From positions 1-64,000 of the IMG/VR virus record IMGVR_UViG_3300037606_000137: a DNA stretch of 64,000 nt; one strand, written 5' to 3'. The position numbers and the translations under genes are program-made. This DNA comes from a virus. Positions 9,996 to 20,842 of this stretch are shown piece after piece; position 1 is the first letter of the stretch; every line of letters starts with the position of its first letter. A model generated the notes under the pieces. That model saw only the letters and a list, made by a program, of their open reading frames with translations, did not search any database and had not been told where the DNA came from.

Positions 9996-11843
9996 ATGTC
10001 AGAAAATACACGATTTATACAAGTACACCCGGATGCAATTATTGAATGGATTTGGGATGATACTTTTTTTTATGCTGATGAATATAGTGTAATAAAAGAT
10101 ATTCAAAATGGTGAAACATCTTTTTCATTTAGTGCTAATGCAATTGACACAGAAAATTACAATAAGTTACCACAACAATTATATACTGTTGATACTATTA
10201 TAAATAGATTTGGTGTTATGAATCCTGATACTAAACCATTTTTACAGGAAACTAAATATACAAATAATCAGCCGAGTAAATTTAATAAAGTTAAAATATG
10301 GTTTCCTATACATTATGTTTTTCCTAATTCAACTGGTATTTATTTAAAAACATATGTATTAAATTATGAAAATGCAGTTCAATATAATTTATCTAATTAT
10401 TTTTTAGATGTAACTATACCAGGTGAAATGAATAAAATTGTAAATGAAAATAAACCATTTAGATTAAACGAAAAGTTATGGGGTAAGTCAATTACTATTT
10501 ATGTACCTTCGGTTTACGACGAGGCTTTAAATCGTATAAATGGTGCGCCACAATTAGGAACTATTAATTATAATTTAACTGATGGTGTATTAGGGCTTTC
10601 ACAAACATCATCAATTTATATTGATTTTAGATTTTTAACTAAAAAAACAACAATATTAGGTGAGACAACATATTTAACAACAACAAAATTAATAACAACA
10701 ATACCGCAAGCACCAGAATATAATAATTTAGGTGTTACTATTAATGTTGCAGATGATGGTGATTATTTTATTGTTAATGGTATATTTAATAGTAGTATTG
10801 GTGAATTCGAAACTTTTATGTTAGCATTAGAACAATCAGGTAAACGTAGTTATATTTTATATGCTATAACTGTATATGAAGAAAACATACCACAAGAAAC
10901 AAGAGAAATTTATGTTTATAAAGATTTTTACAAGGGTGTTGATGATTACCGACCTGTTTTAAAATTTTCAAATACAACAGCAAGTATACGAGTTGATATG
11001 AAATTAATTAATTCAGTAGATTCATCAGTTATTACAAAATCTGCTGAATATACGTTAATTGGTAATGAAGTATCTAAATATGGAAAATATATAACACCTA
11101 TTAATATTTCTGGGGCAATAAAACCAAAATTATACAATTCGTTACCTGATTTAATTGCATTACCATCAAAAGAATTATTAAATTCTCATTTAAAACGTAA
11201 AGTACAAAAAACAGAAATAAGATTTATACCATATCCGGTATTAACAAATGTATACGATATTGTTGCGCAAGACGCAACAGTAATAAATAACAGTAAAACA
11301 TATTATGGATTTGGTGATTTAAAATTAACATTAACACCATTTGATAATATGATAAAATTAAGTATTTATGATAGAAAAGATACAAATACAATTTTACCAT
11401 ATGTTATACCAAGTTCAAATTCTGTTGTACAATTAGTATTTAAATCAGTAACAACAGAATTAAGATTACCTTTATATTTAGAATCGAATGAAAATAATTT
11501 ATCACAAGGTGTTGTAATTTTTAAAATACCATCAACAGAATTAGAAAAAATAAATAAAATATATTTAAAAAATAAAATATTTTATGTTACAATAACAACA
11601 AATGGAATTGAAACTGTTATATATGATGGTGTATTTGATTTATTATCAGATACAAATAGAAACCCAACTAAAGATCGTGTTAATAAAAATCCATTAATAC
11701 CATCATTTTTAACAAAATTTAATAAAACACAAACAAAATTTAATAATTCACAAACAACATTTGTTAAAACTAATACAAATAGTATTGTAAAACAATTACA
11801 ATTAAATAATTTAACATTAACACAATTAAAAAAATTATTATAA
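9996..11843 (+). CDS. putative structural protein
   Basis: Beta-rich 615-aa ORF directly upstream of the gp3-like gene. Confidence 0.5.
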   Translation: MSENTRFIQVHPDAIIEWIWDDTFFYADEYSVIKDIQNGETSFSFSANAIDTENYNKLPQQLYTVDTIINRFGVMNPDTKPFLQETKYTNNQPSKFNKVKIWFPIHYVFPNSTGIYLKTYVLNYENAVQYNLSNYFLDVTIPGEMNKIVNENKPFRLNEKLWGKSITIYVPSVYDEALNRINGAPQLGTINYNLTDGVLGLSQTSSIYIDFRFLTKKTTILGETTYLTTTKLITTIPQAPEYNNLGVTINVADDGDYFIVNGIFNSSIGEFETFMLALEQSGKRSYILYAITVYEENIPQETREIYVYKDFYKGVDDYRPVLKFSNTTASIRVDMKLINSVDSSVITKSAEYTLIGNEVSKYGKYITPINISGAIKPKLYNSLPDLIALPSKELLNSHLKRKVQKTEIRFIPYPVLTNVYDIVAQDATVINNSKTYYGFGDLKLTLTPFDNMIKLSIYDRKDTNTILPYVIPSSNSVVQLVFKSVTTELRLPLYLESNENNLSQGVVIFKIPSTELEKINKIYLKNKIFYVTITTNGIETVIYDGVFDLLSDTNRNPTKDRVNKNPLIPSFLTKFNKTQTKFNNSQTTFVKTNTNSIVKQLQLNNLTLTQLKKLL

Positions 11844-11847
11844 TAAA

Positions 11848-12447
11848 ATGAATTTAACTACACTCAATAATCAATTTTATTTTAATCTACCTTTAGATTT
11901 TATACCAGAAAATACAGAAGATAGGTATTTAAAACTATTAGGAGCAAAAAGAAAATTACATAGATCTGTATTGGATTATTTAAATTCAACAATACAAAGT
12001 GTAAGTTTTCCTAGTATAAATTTTCCAATTGTAACTAATCCACAAATTACAAAAAGAAAAATAATTAATTGGAAAACTGTTGGAAACATTTATGATTTGT
12101 TTGATGATACAATAACAGTAACATTTTTAAACGTTGATTCGAATATTAATTATATTATTATGTTGGATATATTAATGAATCATTATTTAAATACTGATAA
12201 ACCATATGATGATTCATTAATAATAACTATATTAGATCAAAATAGAAATGCTTTATATCACATACAATTTAGAGATGTTATATGGACCGGATTGAGTGAT
12301 AATACATTTGCGTTTAATGATCAAACAATTCAAACAAAAAATTTTTCGGCAACATTCATATACAATTTTATTGATTTTGAGTATGTTGCAGATAAAGTTG
12401 ATATAATTACAAATAATACTTACGGAAATAATTTATCAAACACTTAA
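11848..12447 (+). CDS. tail completion / tube terminator (T4 gp3-like)
   Basis: ITVTF..D....Y, LIITILD.N.N....IQF, F.ATF.Y pattern of the tail-tube fold. Confidence 0.6.
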   Translation: MNLTTLNNQFYFNLPLDFIPENTEDRYLKLLGAKRKLHRSVLDYLNSTIQSVSFPSINFPIVTNPQITKRKIINWKTVGNIYDLFDDTITVTFLNVDSNINYIIMLDILMNHYLNTDKPYDDSLIITILDQNRNALYHIQFRDVIWTGLSDNTFAFNDQTIQTKNFSATFIYNFIDFEYVADKVDIITNNTYGNNLSNT

Positions 12448-12492
12448 ACTTTATCGTTTATAATTTATATAACTTGTATAAATTATAAAAAT

Positions 12493-13590
12493 ATGTCAAA
12501 AATAACAGGAAAAATTGTAACAGGAACTGGAAACAATTTAGGATTTGAAATCGATGCAAAAAATGAATTTGCATTAGTGTTGGAAGCTTTTGAAAAAGTA
12601 AACCCAATGTGTGAAATAAAAGCAGGTAAACAAATGTCTGGTATATTAACACAAAAAAACAATAAATATTCATTAATAAATATTAATGGAAAATCAGATG
12701 TATTTATTGATAACAATATTTATGAAAAAAATTATTTAGACAATATTAGTATTGGTGAAAAAGTTGATTTTATTATTTTAGATGTTATTGATGGAAAACA
12801 ATATGAAGTTACAGGATCTATTCATCAAGCAAAAATGATTGAAGCACAAGATTTTTTAACAAATGCTGTTACCGATAAAATCATTTTAACCGGTACACCA
12901 AAAGAATTAAATCATGCTGGATATACTGTAGAAGTAAATATTAATGAGTTAACAATATCATTATTTATGCCACATTTATTAACTGATGTTAATAAATTAC
13001 CAAATCCAGAATCAATTATAGATACAGAAATTAATTTCTTAGTTGAATCAAATTATAAAGATGGTAAAAATTCATTTATTGCATCGAGAAAAGCATATTT
13101 ATTATCAAGAGCAAAAACAGAAATAAAAAACATTGTTAAAGATGAAGTTTATTGTGGTTATGTTACAGGTGTAACTGATTTTGCAGTATTTGTTCAATTT
13201 AATGAATGTTTAACAGGAATGATTCACAAAACAAATTTATCAGAACAAGCAATTTCGATGCTTGAAAATAATGAAATTCGAGATGGAATGAATATTGAAT
13301 TTTATGTTAAAGATGTTATTATAGTAAGAAACGAAGTTAAATTATTTTTAACACAAGTATTAAGAGAATCATTATGGGATAGTATTGAAGTTAATCAAGA
13401 ATTAACAGGTGTCGTATCAAGTATTAAAGATTTTGGAGTGTTTGTTTCTTTAGATTATGAAACAAAAGGATTATTACACAAATCTGTTTTAAATGATAAT
13501 TTTAATAAATACAAAAAAGGAGACAATGTAATTGTTATTGTAACAGCATTGAATAAAAATAATCGTCAAATTACATTGGCATTGAAATAA
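12493..13590 (+). CDS. ribosomal protein S1-like multi-S1-domain protein
   Basis: S1 repeats: G.V.GVTDFAVFV...GMIHKT; GVVSSIKDFGVFV...GLLHKS...KGDNV.V.V. Confidence 0.85.
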   Translation: MSKITGKIVTGTGNNLGFEIDAKNEFALVLEAFEKVNPMCEIKAGKQMSGILTQKNNKYSLININGKSDVFIDNNIYEKNYLDNISIGEKVDFIILDVIDGKQYEVTGSIHQAKMIEAQDFLTNAVTDKIILTGTPKELNHAGYTVEVNINELTISLFMPHLLTDVNKLPNPESIIDTEINFLVESNYKDGKNSFIASRKAYLLSRAKTEIKNIVKDEVYCGYVTGVTDFAVFVQFNECLTGMIHKTNLSEQAISMLENNEIRDGMNIEFYVKDVIIVRNEVKLFLTQVLRESLWDSIEVNQELTGVVSSIKDFGVFVSLDYETKGLLHKSVLNDNFNKYKKGDNVIVIVTALNKNNRQITLALK

Positions 13591-13591
13591 T

Positions 13592-13987
13592 ATGAAAAAT
13601 GAAATCATTGCATTAATGCATGATATTTCAACTAACGAGTCCGGATTTTATTCCGGACTTTTTGGTTTTGATGGGTTTAAAATTAAAAAAACTATCAATA
13701 TATTTTGGGCATTTAAAAACACTGAAACATTATATAGTGATATAAAATTATTTATGGACTATTTAATATTTATGATTTTATCTGAATATAGTACAACAAC
13801 TAATATACCAAATACAATTAAATTAAATAATATTATAATTAATAATTGTTTTGCTAAAACAGGTTTATTAATTAATGATATTGAAAATTCTATATTTTGT
13901 GACTTTGAAAATGTTGAACTTGAAGTTACTGCTGTTGGTGATCTAAATATGATTGATATTAAATTACCAATTTATGATTTAAATTAA
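13592..13987 (+). CDS. hypothetical protein
   Basis: 131-aa ORF. Confidence 0.5.
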   Translation: MKNEIIALMHDISTNESGFYSGLFGFDGFKIKKTINIFWAFKNTETLYSDIKLFMDYLIFMILSEYSTTTNIPNTIKLNNIIINNCFAKTGLLINDIENSIFCDFENVELEVTAVGDLNMIDIKLPIYDLN

Positions 13988-14006
13988 TATTAAATCACTA
14001 TTATTA

Positions 14007-14040
14007 AAACCTCTCTATTTTAGAATAGAGAGGTTTTTTT
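14007..14040 (+). terminator. intrinsic terminator
   Basis: aaaacctctctatt-ttag-aatagagaggttttttt. Confidence 0.85.
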
Positions 14041-14053
14041 AATATATAAGAAC

Positions 14054-14569
14054 ATGGGTAAAAAAGCAGCAACAATAACTGTAGATAAACAATTTGTATT
14101 TAACAGTGATAACGTAGAAGAAATTATAGATAAACAATCGCAAGGATATGCATTACCACGATATATGAATCCATGGTTTAAAAATCAAATTGGCGTAAGA
14201 AAACCAGCATGTGTTTATGGTTGGTCTAAATTTGAATTAGATGAATTTATGAAATGTGCTGTAGATATTCATTATTTTGCAAATAACTATTGCCACATTA
14301 AAACAGAAGACGGACAAATTCGTCAAATGAAATTAAGAGATTATCAATATGATGTATTAAACTCATATACAAAAAACAGATTCACAATCAATATGTCGTC
14401 AAGACAAACAGGTAAATGTTTACACATGATAACCAAAGTATTATGTAAGATAAATGACAAAATAATTGAAATACCTATGTTTAAATTGTTATTTAAATAT
14501 AAGAAAAATAAAACTTTTTATGATTATATTAAATATCCAATTTATTGGATATTATGGAAATTAAATTAA
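14054..14569 (+). CDS. terL: terminase large subunit N-part fused to a short N-intein
   Basis: gp17-like 'YFANNYC.I', 'LRDYQ', Walker A 'SRQTGK' directly followed by intein start CL at 14417. Confidence 0.9.
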   Translation: MGKKAATITVDKQFVFNSDNVEEIIDKQSQGYALPRYMNPWFKNQIGVRKPACVYGWSKFELDEFMKCAVDIHYFANNYCHIKTEDGQIRQMKLRDYQYDVLNSYTKNRFTINMSSRQTGKCLHMITKVLCKINDKIIEIPMFKLLFKYKKNKTFYDYIKYPIYWILWKLN

Positions 14570-14613
14570 ATTAAATAATAAAAAGATGTATAGATTTTAT
14601 ACGATCATAAAGT

Positions 14614-16863
14614 ATGAAAAAATTAATTAATAAAATTTTATTTAAATTAATAGAAAAAATAGAAAATCGACAATATAGAAATATTAATTTAGATCAAACA
14701 GATATATTAAAAAAGATAAATAATATATCATTTGTAGAAAATAAGAATATTTATGTTGATTCACCGGAAGGTTGGGTACAAGTTACAGAAATAAATGAAA
14801 CACAACCATTCAAAATACATTATATAAAAACTGAATCAAGTAAAGAATTATTTTGTGCGGATAATCATATATTATATGACAGTTTAGGACAAGAAATATT
14901 AGTTAAAGAATTAAATATAGGGCAAGATATAATCACATGTAATGGTACCGAAAAAATTATTGATATGTATGTATATAATAGTTCTAATGGTATGATAGAT
15001 TTATCTGTTGATAGTCCAGAAATGAATTATTATACAAATGGTATTTTATCACATAATACAATAACAGCAGCAATATCATTATTACATTATTGTATTTTTA
15101 ATACAAATAAGGGTGTAATGATAGTTGCGAATAAAGGTGAAACAGTAATTGAAATTTTAGATAAAATTAAGAACATTTATAAATTATTACCATTTTTTAT
15201 GAAACCAGGTATTATTAACTGGAATAGTAAATCGATAGTATTTGATAATGGTTGTAGAATTAAATCACAAGCACGTTCAAAAGAACCGGCAATTGGATTT
15301 ACTATTGATTATTTATATTTAGATGAATTTGCACATATACCAAGAAACATAATCAATCATTACTACAAAGCAGCAATTCCGACAGTTTCATCTATTAAGG
15401 GGTCTAAAATTGTAATAACATCAACACCAAACGGGGCTAATTTATTTAAAGAATTAGTTATGGGTGCAATGCTTCCAGAAGGACATCCTGATAAAAACAT
15501 GTATAAACTTATTAAAATATTTTGGCATCAAGTACCGGATGGTAAATTTGAAGATGGTGCGGTTGGAACACGATTAGATGCAAAAATTTATCCAAGTGAT
15601 ACAGAAATGCGTCAGTATGATTTAAATGTTAATGATTTATTTGAAAATTTAGTTAAATTAAAATTTAAAGTTGTAAAAGAAATTGAATCTAGTGATACGG
15701 GAGATCGTACAATTATTAGAGTGTTACATAAAGATGGTGTTTCAGATATAGAAACAATTAGAAATTTAAAAATAAATAAAATTGCTATATCAAAAATAAG
15801 TAATATTTCTAATTGGAAAGAGCAAGAAACAAAATTAATTGGTGGAGAAGAAGCATTTAATCAGGAATATAATATACAATTCATTGCAGGATCAAAAAGA
15901 GTATTAAGTGCAAGTAAAGCTAAAATATTAGAAGATAGAGCTGTAAATTATTTATTTAAAGATATAGAAATTTTAGAAAAACGTTTACCTTTTGAATATG
16001 GTGAATTACGTTGGTCACCGGATTATATTGAACATGAAAGAAATAAATATTATTGGGTTCCAGCTTTAGATATATCAGAAGGGTTGGGTCAAGATGATAC
16101 TGTAATCAACATATTTAGGCTTATGGTGCGTTCTAATGAATGGTTACAAGAAAATAAGGTACGTAATATATACGACGCTTTTTATTTAAAACAAACAGGT
16201 ATTTATAATTATAATAGAATAGAGCCTGATAGAGAATTAGCTGAATTATTTTATTTATTATTTTTTGAATATTTTAATCCTGAAAGAGTTAAAGCTGTTG
16301 TTGAATATAATGGACCAGGTTCAACATTTTTAGCTTCTATGCCAAGTGTATTTGGTGGTAATAATAAATATGGTAATTATATATTTACACGATACAAACA
16401 TAACATAGAAGATAAAAAGAAAAAAGTTGGTTTAAAAATAACACGTAATAAAAAATTATTAGTAAAAAAATATATTGATAATGTTGAAAGTGATGCAATA
16501 TATGTTGATGAAACAATAACATTAGATCAAATGGATAATTTTATTAAAGTACCTACACGTTCTGGTGATTTTACATATAAAGCAGATTCAGGTCATGATG
16601 ATATTGTTATGACAGAAGTGGGACTTGCTACATTTTTTGATACACAAGATTACAAAAATATGTGTTTATCATATTATAATGAATTACCAACAGATATACA
16701 AAAATTAATTGATGGTGCTTTAAACATTGATTATAATCCTGATGTTATAAGTTATAAAGGAGCAAGCAGAGCTTTAGCTAATTCTAAAAGAAGAAGTAAT
16801 GAAAGAAAAAATATAAATATTTTAAGAAATAATAATATTTTTAATAATTCTTTTAATAAATAA
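14614..16863 (+). CDS. terL: C-intein fused to terminase large subunit C-part
   Basis: Intein block B CADNH and YYTNGILSHN/T junction at 15057/15058; then Walker B LYLDEFAH, ITSTPNG, LDISEG, GHDDIVM. Confidence 0.92.
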   Translation: MKKLINKILFKLIEKIENRQYRNINLDQTDILKKINNISFVENKNIYVDSPEGWVQVTEINETQPFKIHYIKTESSKELFCADNHILYDSLGQEILVKELNIGQDIITCNGTEKIIDMYVYNSSNGMIDLSVDSPEMNYYTNGILSHNTITAAISLLHYCIFNTNKGVMIVANKGETVIEILDKIKNIYKLLPFFMKPGIINWNSKSIVFDNGCRIKSQARSKEPAIGFTIDYLYLDEFAHIPRNIINHYYKAAIPTVSSIKGSKIVITSTPNGANLFKELVMGAMLPEGHPDKNMYKLIKIFWHQVPDGKFEDGAVGTRLDAKIYPSDTEMRQYDLNVNDLFENLVKLKFKVVKEIESSDTGDRTIIRVLHKDGVSDIETIRNLKINKIAISKISNISNWKEQETKLIGGEEAFNQEYNIQFIAGSKRVLSASKAKILEDRAVNYLFKDIEILEKRLPFEYGELRWSPDYIEHERNKYYWVPALDISEGLGQDDTVINIFRLMVRSNEWLQENKVRNIYDAFYLKQTGIYNYNRIEPDRELAELFYLLFFEYFNPERVKAVVEYNGPGSTFLASMPSVFGGNNKYGNYIFTRYKHNIEDKKKKVGLKITRNKKLLVKKYIDNVESDAIYVDETITLDQMDNFIKVPTRSGDFTYKADSGHDDIVMTEVGLATFFDTQDYKNMCLSYYNELPTDIQKLIDGALNIDYNPDVISYKGASRALANSKRRSNERKNINILRNNNIFNNSFNK

Positions 16864-16924
16864 TGATAAATAATGATAAATAATAATTTTATATATATTA
16901 TAAATAAAAAGTATTAAATACAAA

Positions 16925-19900
16925 ATGAGTATTAACTTAACAGATTATAACCGTAGTGGGGTTTTTATAGAAGAAAGAAATTCTTCAACTATTGATCGTG
17001 CTGCACCACAAGAAATCGTAATTAATTTTGTTCCAGGTTTTTCAAGAAAAGGAACAGTATTTAATCGACCAGTTTTAATAAAATCAAAAAATGATAGATT
17101 AGCATATTTTGGTGATATTGATAGATTTTTAGAAAATAAAGGATCTTTTTTTCATAGAACTATTGATGTTGCATTACAAACAGCTCCGGTATTTGCAATG
17201 AATTTATTAAAAACAAATTCATTAGATACTTTAAATTATGCAACTGTTTCAGTTGCTGCGCAATATGATAATGATCCTATTGCTTCACGTTTATATGACG
17301 ATTTTTTTAATAAAGCTGGATTTTGGCAAAGAGACACTGAATCTTTTTTAAATTTTGCACAAGATTCAGATAAAATGATACACTTTACAAATGTTAGTGA
17401 TAAAAAAATATCACTATTTATGTTTAAATCTAGTAAAACTGGATTTGATATAACAGCAGAAACATGGTATGGTGGTAAAGATAAAGTTCCTACATGGATG
17501 AATTATAATGATTATATTTCTGACTATATGGTTAGAGTTGTTGTCGTTAATGGTGATTGGTCAAATTACACAACATTAGCAGCAGATACAAACTGGTCAA
17601 AATATTTTAATGCATCAGGTTTAAGAAAAGGAAAAATATCTAATTTTATTTCAGATAGAGCCGTAACACTATTAGGTGATTACAACGGTTCTTTAATTCC
17701 TTATTTTAGAGATAATCAAAATAATAATATTTTTATAGAAACATTAATAAATTTAGATACAGATATAACAGGTTTATTTTGTGCTTTTGATATTAATAAA
17801 GTTGAAACTGATTTTCATAACGGAAATGTTGATATTATTGGTGAAACATTAACAGGTTTAGATAAATCTAAAATTAATTTTATGTCATACCAAGATACAA
17901 TCGAAGAAACTGATGTATATGATAATATGCCATTAGATAAATTAGGTAATGTTATAGGTATTAATACAATAGTTGGAAGAACTAGTTTATTTGGAAATGG
18001 ACATATTAATGGTTTATCATTTACACCATTAAGTGGAAATATTGATCCAGCTTTAGCACCACATACAATAACTGCAACTGGTGGTACAGCAATTATTAAT
18101 AATACCGTATTAAATTTAACTAATACAAATTTAGTTTATACTGCAATACCAGCACCTGTTACAAATACTATGTATCGTATTGATACAATGTATATAGATG
18201 TTGATGGTAGTATTAAAACAATTATGGGAACTCCTATAGAATTAGCAAACAGTATAACTGAAATTACTGCTGTTGCAACTGGTTTAACATATCCAGCAGC
18301 ATATCCAAATAATGCTATAATTTTAGGTTATCATTTTAGATCATATGATGGTACGTTATATGATAATAATTATATAACTATTGCACACGACGGTTCTTCT
18401 TTTATTAACGTAACAGTTTCTGCTGTTTCTGGTGATATATTAGTAAATAATACATTAAGTACTAATATTTTAGAATTAAATTTTGCAGATACTGCATCAG
18501 CAACAAAAGCAAATTATAGAGGTTGGAGAAATTTACAATTTTTTAATGAATTAGTAACTAAAAAGGTTTTAAGTAACTCTGTTATAATTGATGCAGTAGG
18601 TGTTAAAGTTGATTTAACTAATGTATTATGGATTGATAATTATTCTTCTGTTGGTACAGATAAACAAATAACTATTACTGTAGATCCTATATTTGATATA
18701 CAGAATCCTGCAGCTTCGGGTAATTTTATATTTTATTATAATGATAATGAATTTAAAATGGGTACAGCTGGTTTAGAAACAAGAAATGAAATTACAGGTA
18801 CTGCAAATTACGGTGTAGCTGCAAAAAATTCTGAATTTTATTTAGATTACTATAATGGTATGATTAACACTGGAGATTATTTCTTTGTTAAAATTGGTTT
18901 AACAACATCATTTAAATTTATACATTATACAGATTTATTTAATCCAGCATCAATTGGTGATTATATTATTATGACAATAGCTGATGCAACAACATTAGGT
19001 TTATCACCAGGTGCAAATAATTTAAATATTTTAATTGATAATCACCCTGTAAATAAAGGGAAATTTTCTATAAGTGCAGGTGAATCATTTGGAACATTAG
19101 CAGGATTTGCAGAAGGTTTAGAAACTGATGGTTATTTATTAGCTGGTGAAATTGCTTTTAGTGTTGCTGAATTAGTAGCAACATATACAACGGTACAAAC
19201 TATTGATATATTTAATTATGATTTAAAAGTATATTTAAAAATGTATACATTAGGACAAGTATTAAAAGTTGAATTTATGGCAGATAATACTTTAATAACA
19301 CCATACATAATACCAGGTGGATTATTAAGTATTAATACTACAATTATCGCATATTCAGGTGAAGCTAGTTATGAGCAAACATTAGAAATTGAAACACATC
19401 CAACATATACAATTACAGATAATAAGGTATTAATTGATTTAGTACGTTATCCTGAAGTTAAAATTGGTGATTATGTAAAAGCATACATTGATAATAGTTT
19501 ATTACAACCAGGTGAATATCCTAAAAAATTCGCAAGAATTTTAAAGAAAACACCATGGATTGGAAATGCTATTAATAATGTACAATATGCGGAAATTACT
19601 ACAGATACGAAAATTGATATATCTATTTACGGTGTTTCTGATTTACAGACTACAAGATATACAAAGATTGAAGATTATATTGATACATATAAAGCAATAA
19701 CTTTAAATGGTTTTATTGTACAAGCTGCATCAATACCAAATAATACAGAAGCTAGACAAACACAAATTTTAGATGTTATTGGTAATACAACTGCATTATA
19801 TAATGCAATAGTTAATAAAAATAAATTCAATTTTAGATATTTAATAGATAGTTTTGGTTTAGGTTTAACTGAATTTTCAAAACAACAATTAGCTGATATT

Positions 19901-20746
19901 ACAGGAAAACGTAAAAATGCAATAGCATTTTTAAATATGCCATCAGTAAAATCTTTTAAAAGTTCATCTAATCCATCATTTATTAATACTGATGGTACAT
20001 TAAATTTAGAACATGTTAAAAATGGTGGAAATTTAGAACAAAATCCAGCGTTTTTATATTCATTAGCACAGGGATCTGGTACTGATGATGGTAGAGATAC
20101 TGTAGGATATTTTTTCCCTTATGTATCAGTAAATGATAATGGTAGACCATTGTTATTTCCACCAGCAGCATATGTTGCTAACACATATATGAGAAAAATT
20201 AATTCAGCTGTGTCTGGTATTTATAATTGGACAGTTGCAGCAGGAACAGAAGATGGAATAATTTTAGGTATTGCAAATACAGAAATGGACTTTACAGAAT
20301 TTGATTTAGAGCAAATGTATGCAATGGGTATAAATCCAATATCATATGCTAAAAATGTTGGATTTTATATTGAAACAGAATTTACAGCATCAACTGAAAC
20401 ATTATCAGCATTGTCTTTCTTACATGTAAGAGAAATATTGATTGATTTAGAAAATGAATTATTTGCTATGTTATTAAAATACCAATGGAAATTTAATACA
20501 CCAGCAGTAAGAGCTAAAATTAAACGTGAAGCTGATGCAATTTGTCAAAAATATGTTGATCGTTCTGCATTATTTGCATTCGAAAATATAATAGATGATT
20601 CAAATAATACACCAAATATAATAGATAATCAATTTGGTTTATTAGAAACATACATTGAACCAGTAAAATCAATGGGTACAATTGTTAATGTCATTAACAT
20701 TATGGCAACAGGTGCCATCGGTAATTCATCAGGATTTACAGCATAA
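16925..20746 (+). CDS. contractile tail sheath protein (gp18-like)
   Basis: SGVFIEE N-terminus; C-terminal FPPAAYVA, GINPI, SALSFLHVRE, DDSNNTP.IIDNQ, YIEPVK. Confidence 0.9.
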   Translation: MSINLTDYNRSGVFIEERNSSTIDRAAPQEIVINFVPGFSRKGTVFNRPVLIKSKNDRLAYFGDIDRFLENKGSFFHRTIDVALQTAPVFAMNLLKTNSLDTLNYATVSVAAQYDNDPIASRLYDDFFNKAGFWQRDTESFLNFAQDSDKMIHFTNVSDKKISLFMFKSSKTGFDITAETWYGGKDKVPTWMNYNDYISDYMVRVVVVNGDWSNYTTLAADTNWSKYFNASGLRKGKISNFISDRAVTLLGDYNGSLIPYFRDNQNNNIFIETLINLDTDITGLFCAFDINKVETDFHNGNVDIIGETLTGLDKSKINFMSYQDTIEETDVYDNMPLDKLGNVIGINTIVGRTSLFGNGHINGLSFTPLSGNIDPALAPHTITATGGTAIINNTVLNLTNTNLVYTAIPAPVTNTMYRIDTMYIDVDGSIKTIMGTPIELANSITEITAVATGLTYPAAYPNNAIILGYHFRSYDGTLYDNNYITIAHDGSSFINVTVSAVSGDILVNNTLSTNILELNFADTASATKANYRGWRNLQFFNELVTKKVLSNSVIIDAVGVKVDLTNVLWIDNYSSVGTDKQITITVDPIFDIQNPAASGNFIFYYNDNEFKMGTAGLETRNEITGTANYGVAAKNSEFYLDYYNGMINTGDYFFVKIGLTTSFKFIHYTDLFNPASIGDYIIMTIADATTLGLSPGANNLNILIDNHPVNKGKFSISAGESFGTLAGFAEGLETDGYLLAGEIAFSVAELVATYTTVQTIDIFNYDLKVYLKMYTLGQVLKVEFMADNTLITPYIIPGGLLSINTTIIAYSGEASYEQTLEIETHPTYTITDNKVLIDLVRYPEVKIGDYVKAYIDNSLLQPGEYPKKFARILKKTPWIGNAINNVQYAEITTDTKIDISIYGVSDLQTTRYTKIEDYIDTYKAITLNGFIVQAASIPNNTEARQTQILDVIGNTTALYNAIVNKNKFNFRYLIDSFGLGLTEFSKQQLADITGKRKNAIAFLNMPSVKSFKSSSNPSFINTDGTLNLEHVKNGGNLEQNPAFLYSLAQGSGTDDGRDTVGYFFPYVSVNDNGRPLLFPPAAYVANTYMRKINSAVSGIYNWTVAAGTEDGIILGIANTEMDFTEFDLEQMYAMGINPISYAKNVGFYIETEFTASTETLSALSFLHVREILIDLENELFAMLLKYQWKFNTPAVRAKIKREADAICQKYVDRSALFAFENIIDDSNNTPNIIDNQFGLLETYIEPVKSMGTIVNVINIMATGAIGNSSGFTA

Positions 20747-20759
20747 GATTAAATATATC

Positions 20760-20794
20760 AAAAAAAGACAATCATAACGATTGTCTTTTTTTTT
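20760..20794 (+). terminator. intrinsic terminator
   Basis: aaaaaagacaatc-ataac-gattgtctttttttt. Confidence 0.85.
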
Positions 20795-20842
20795 ATAAAC
20801 ATATTTAGGTTTATTTCATATATAAATAAAACGCGATATACG

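Noticed and set aside
14567-14613. TerL break as a frameshift, intron or stop-codon recoding
   Set aside because: Intein motifs on both sides explain it; the gap is 44 nt with no intron structure; long genes read intact in code 11
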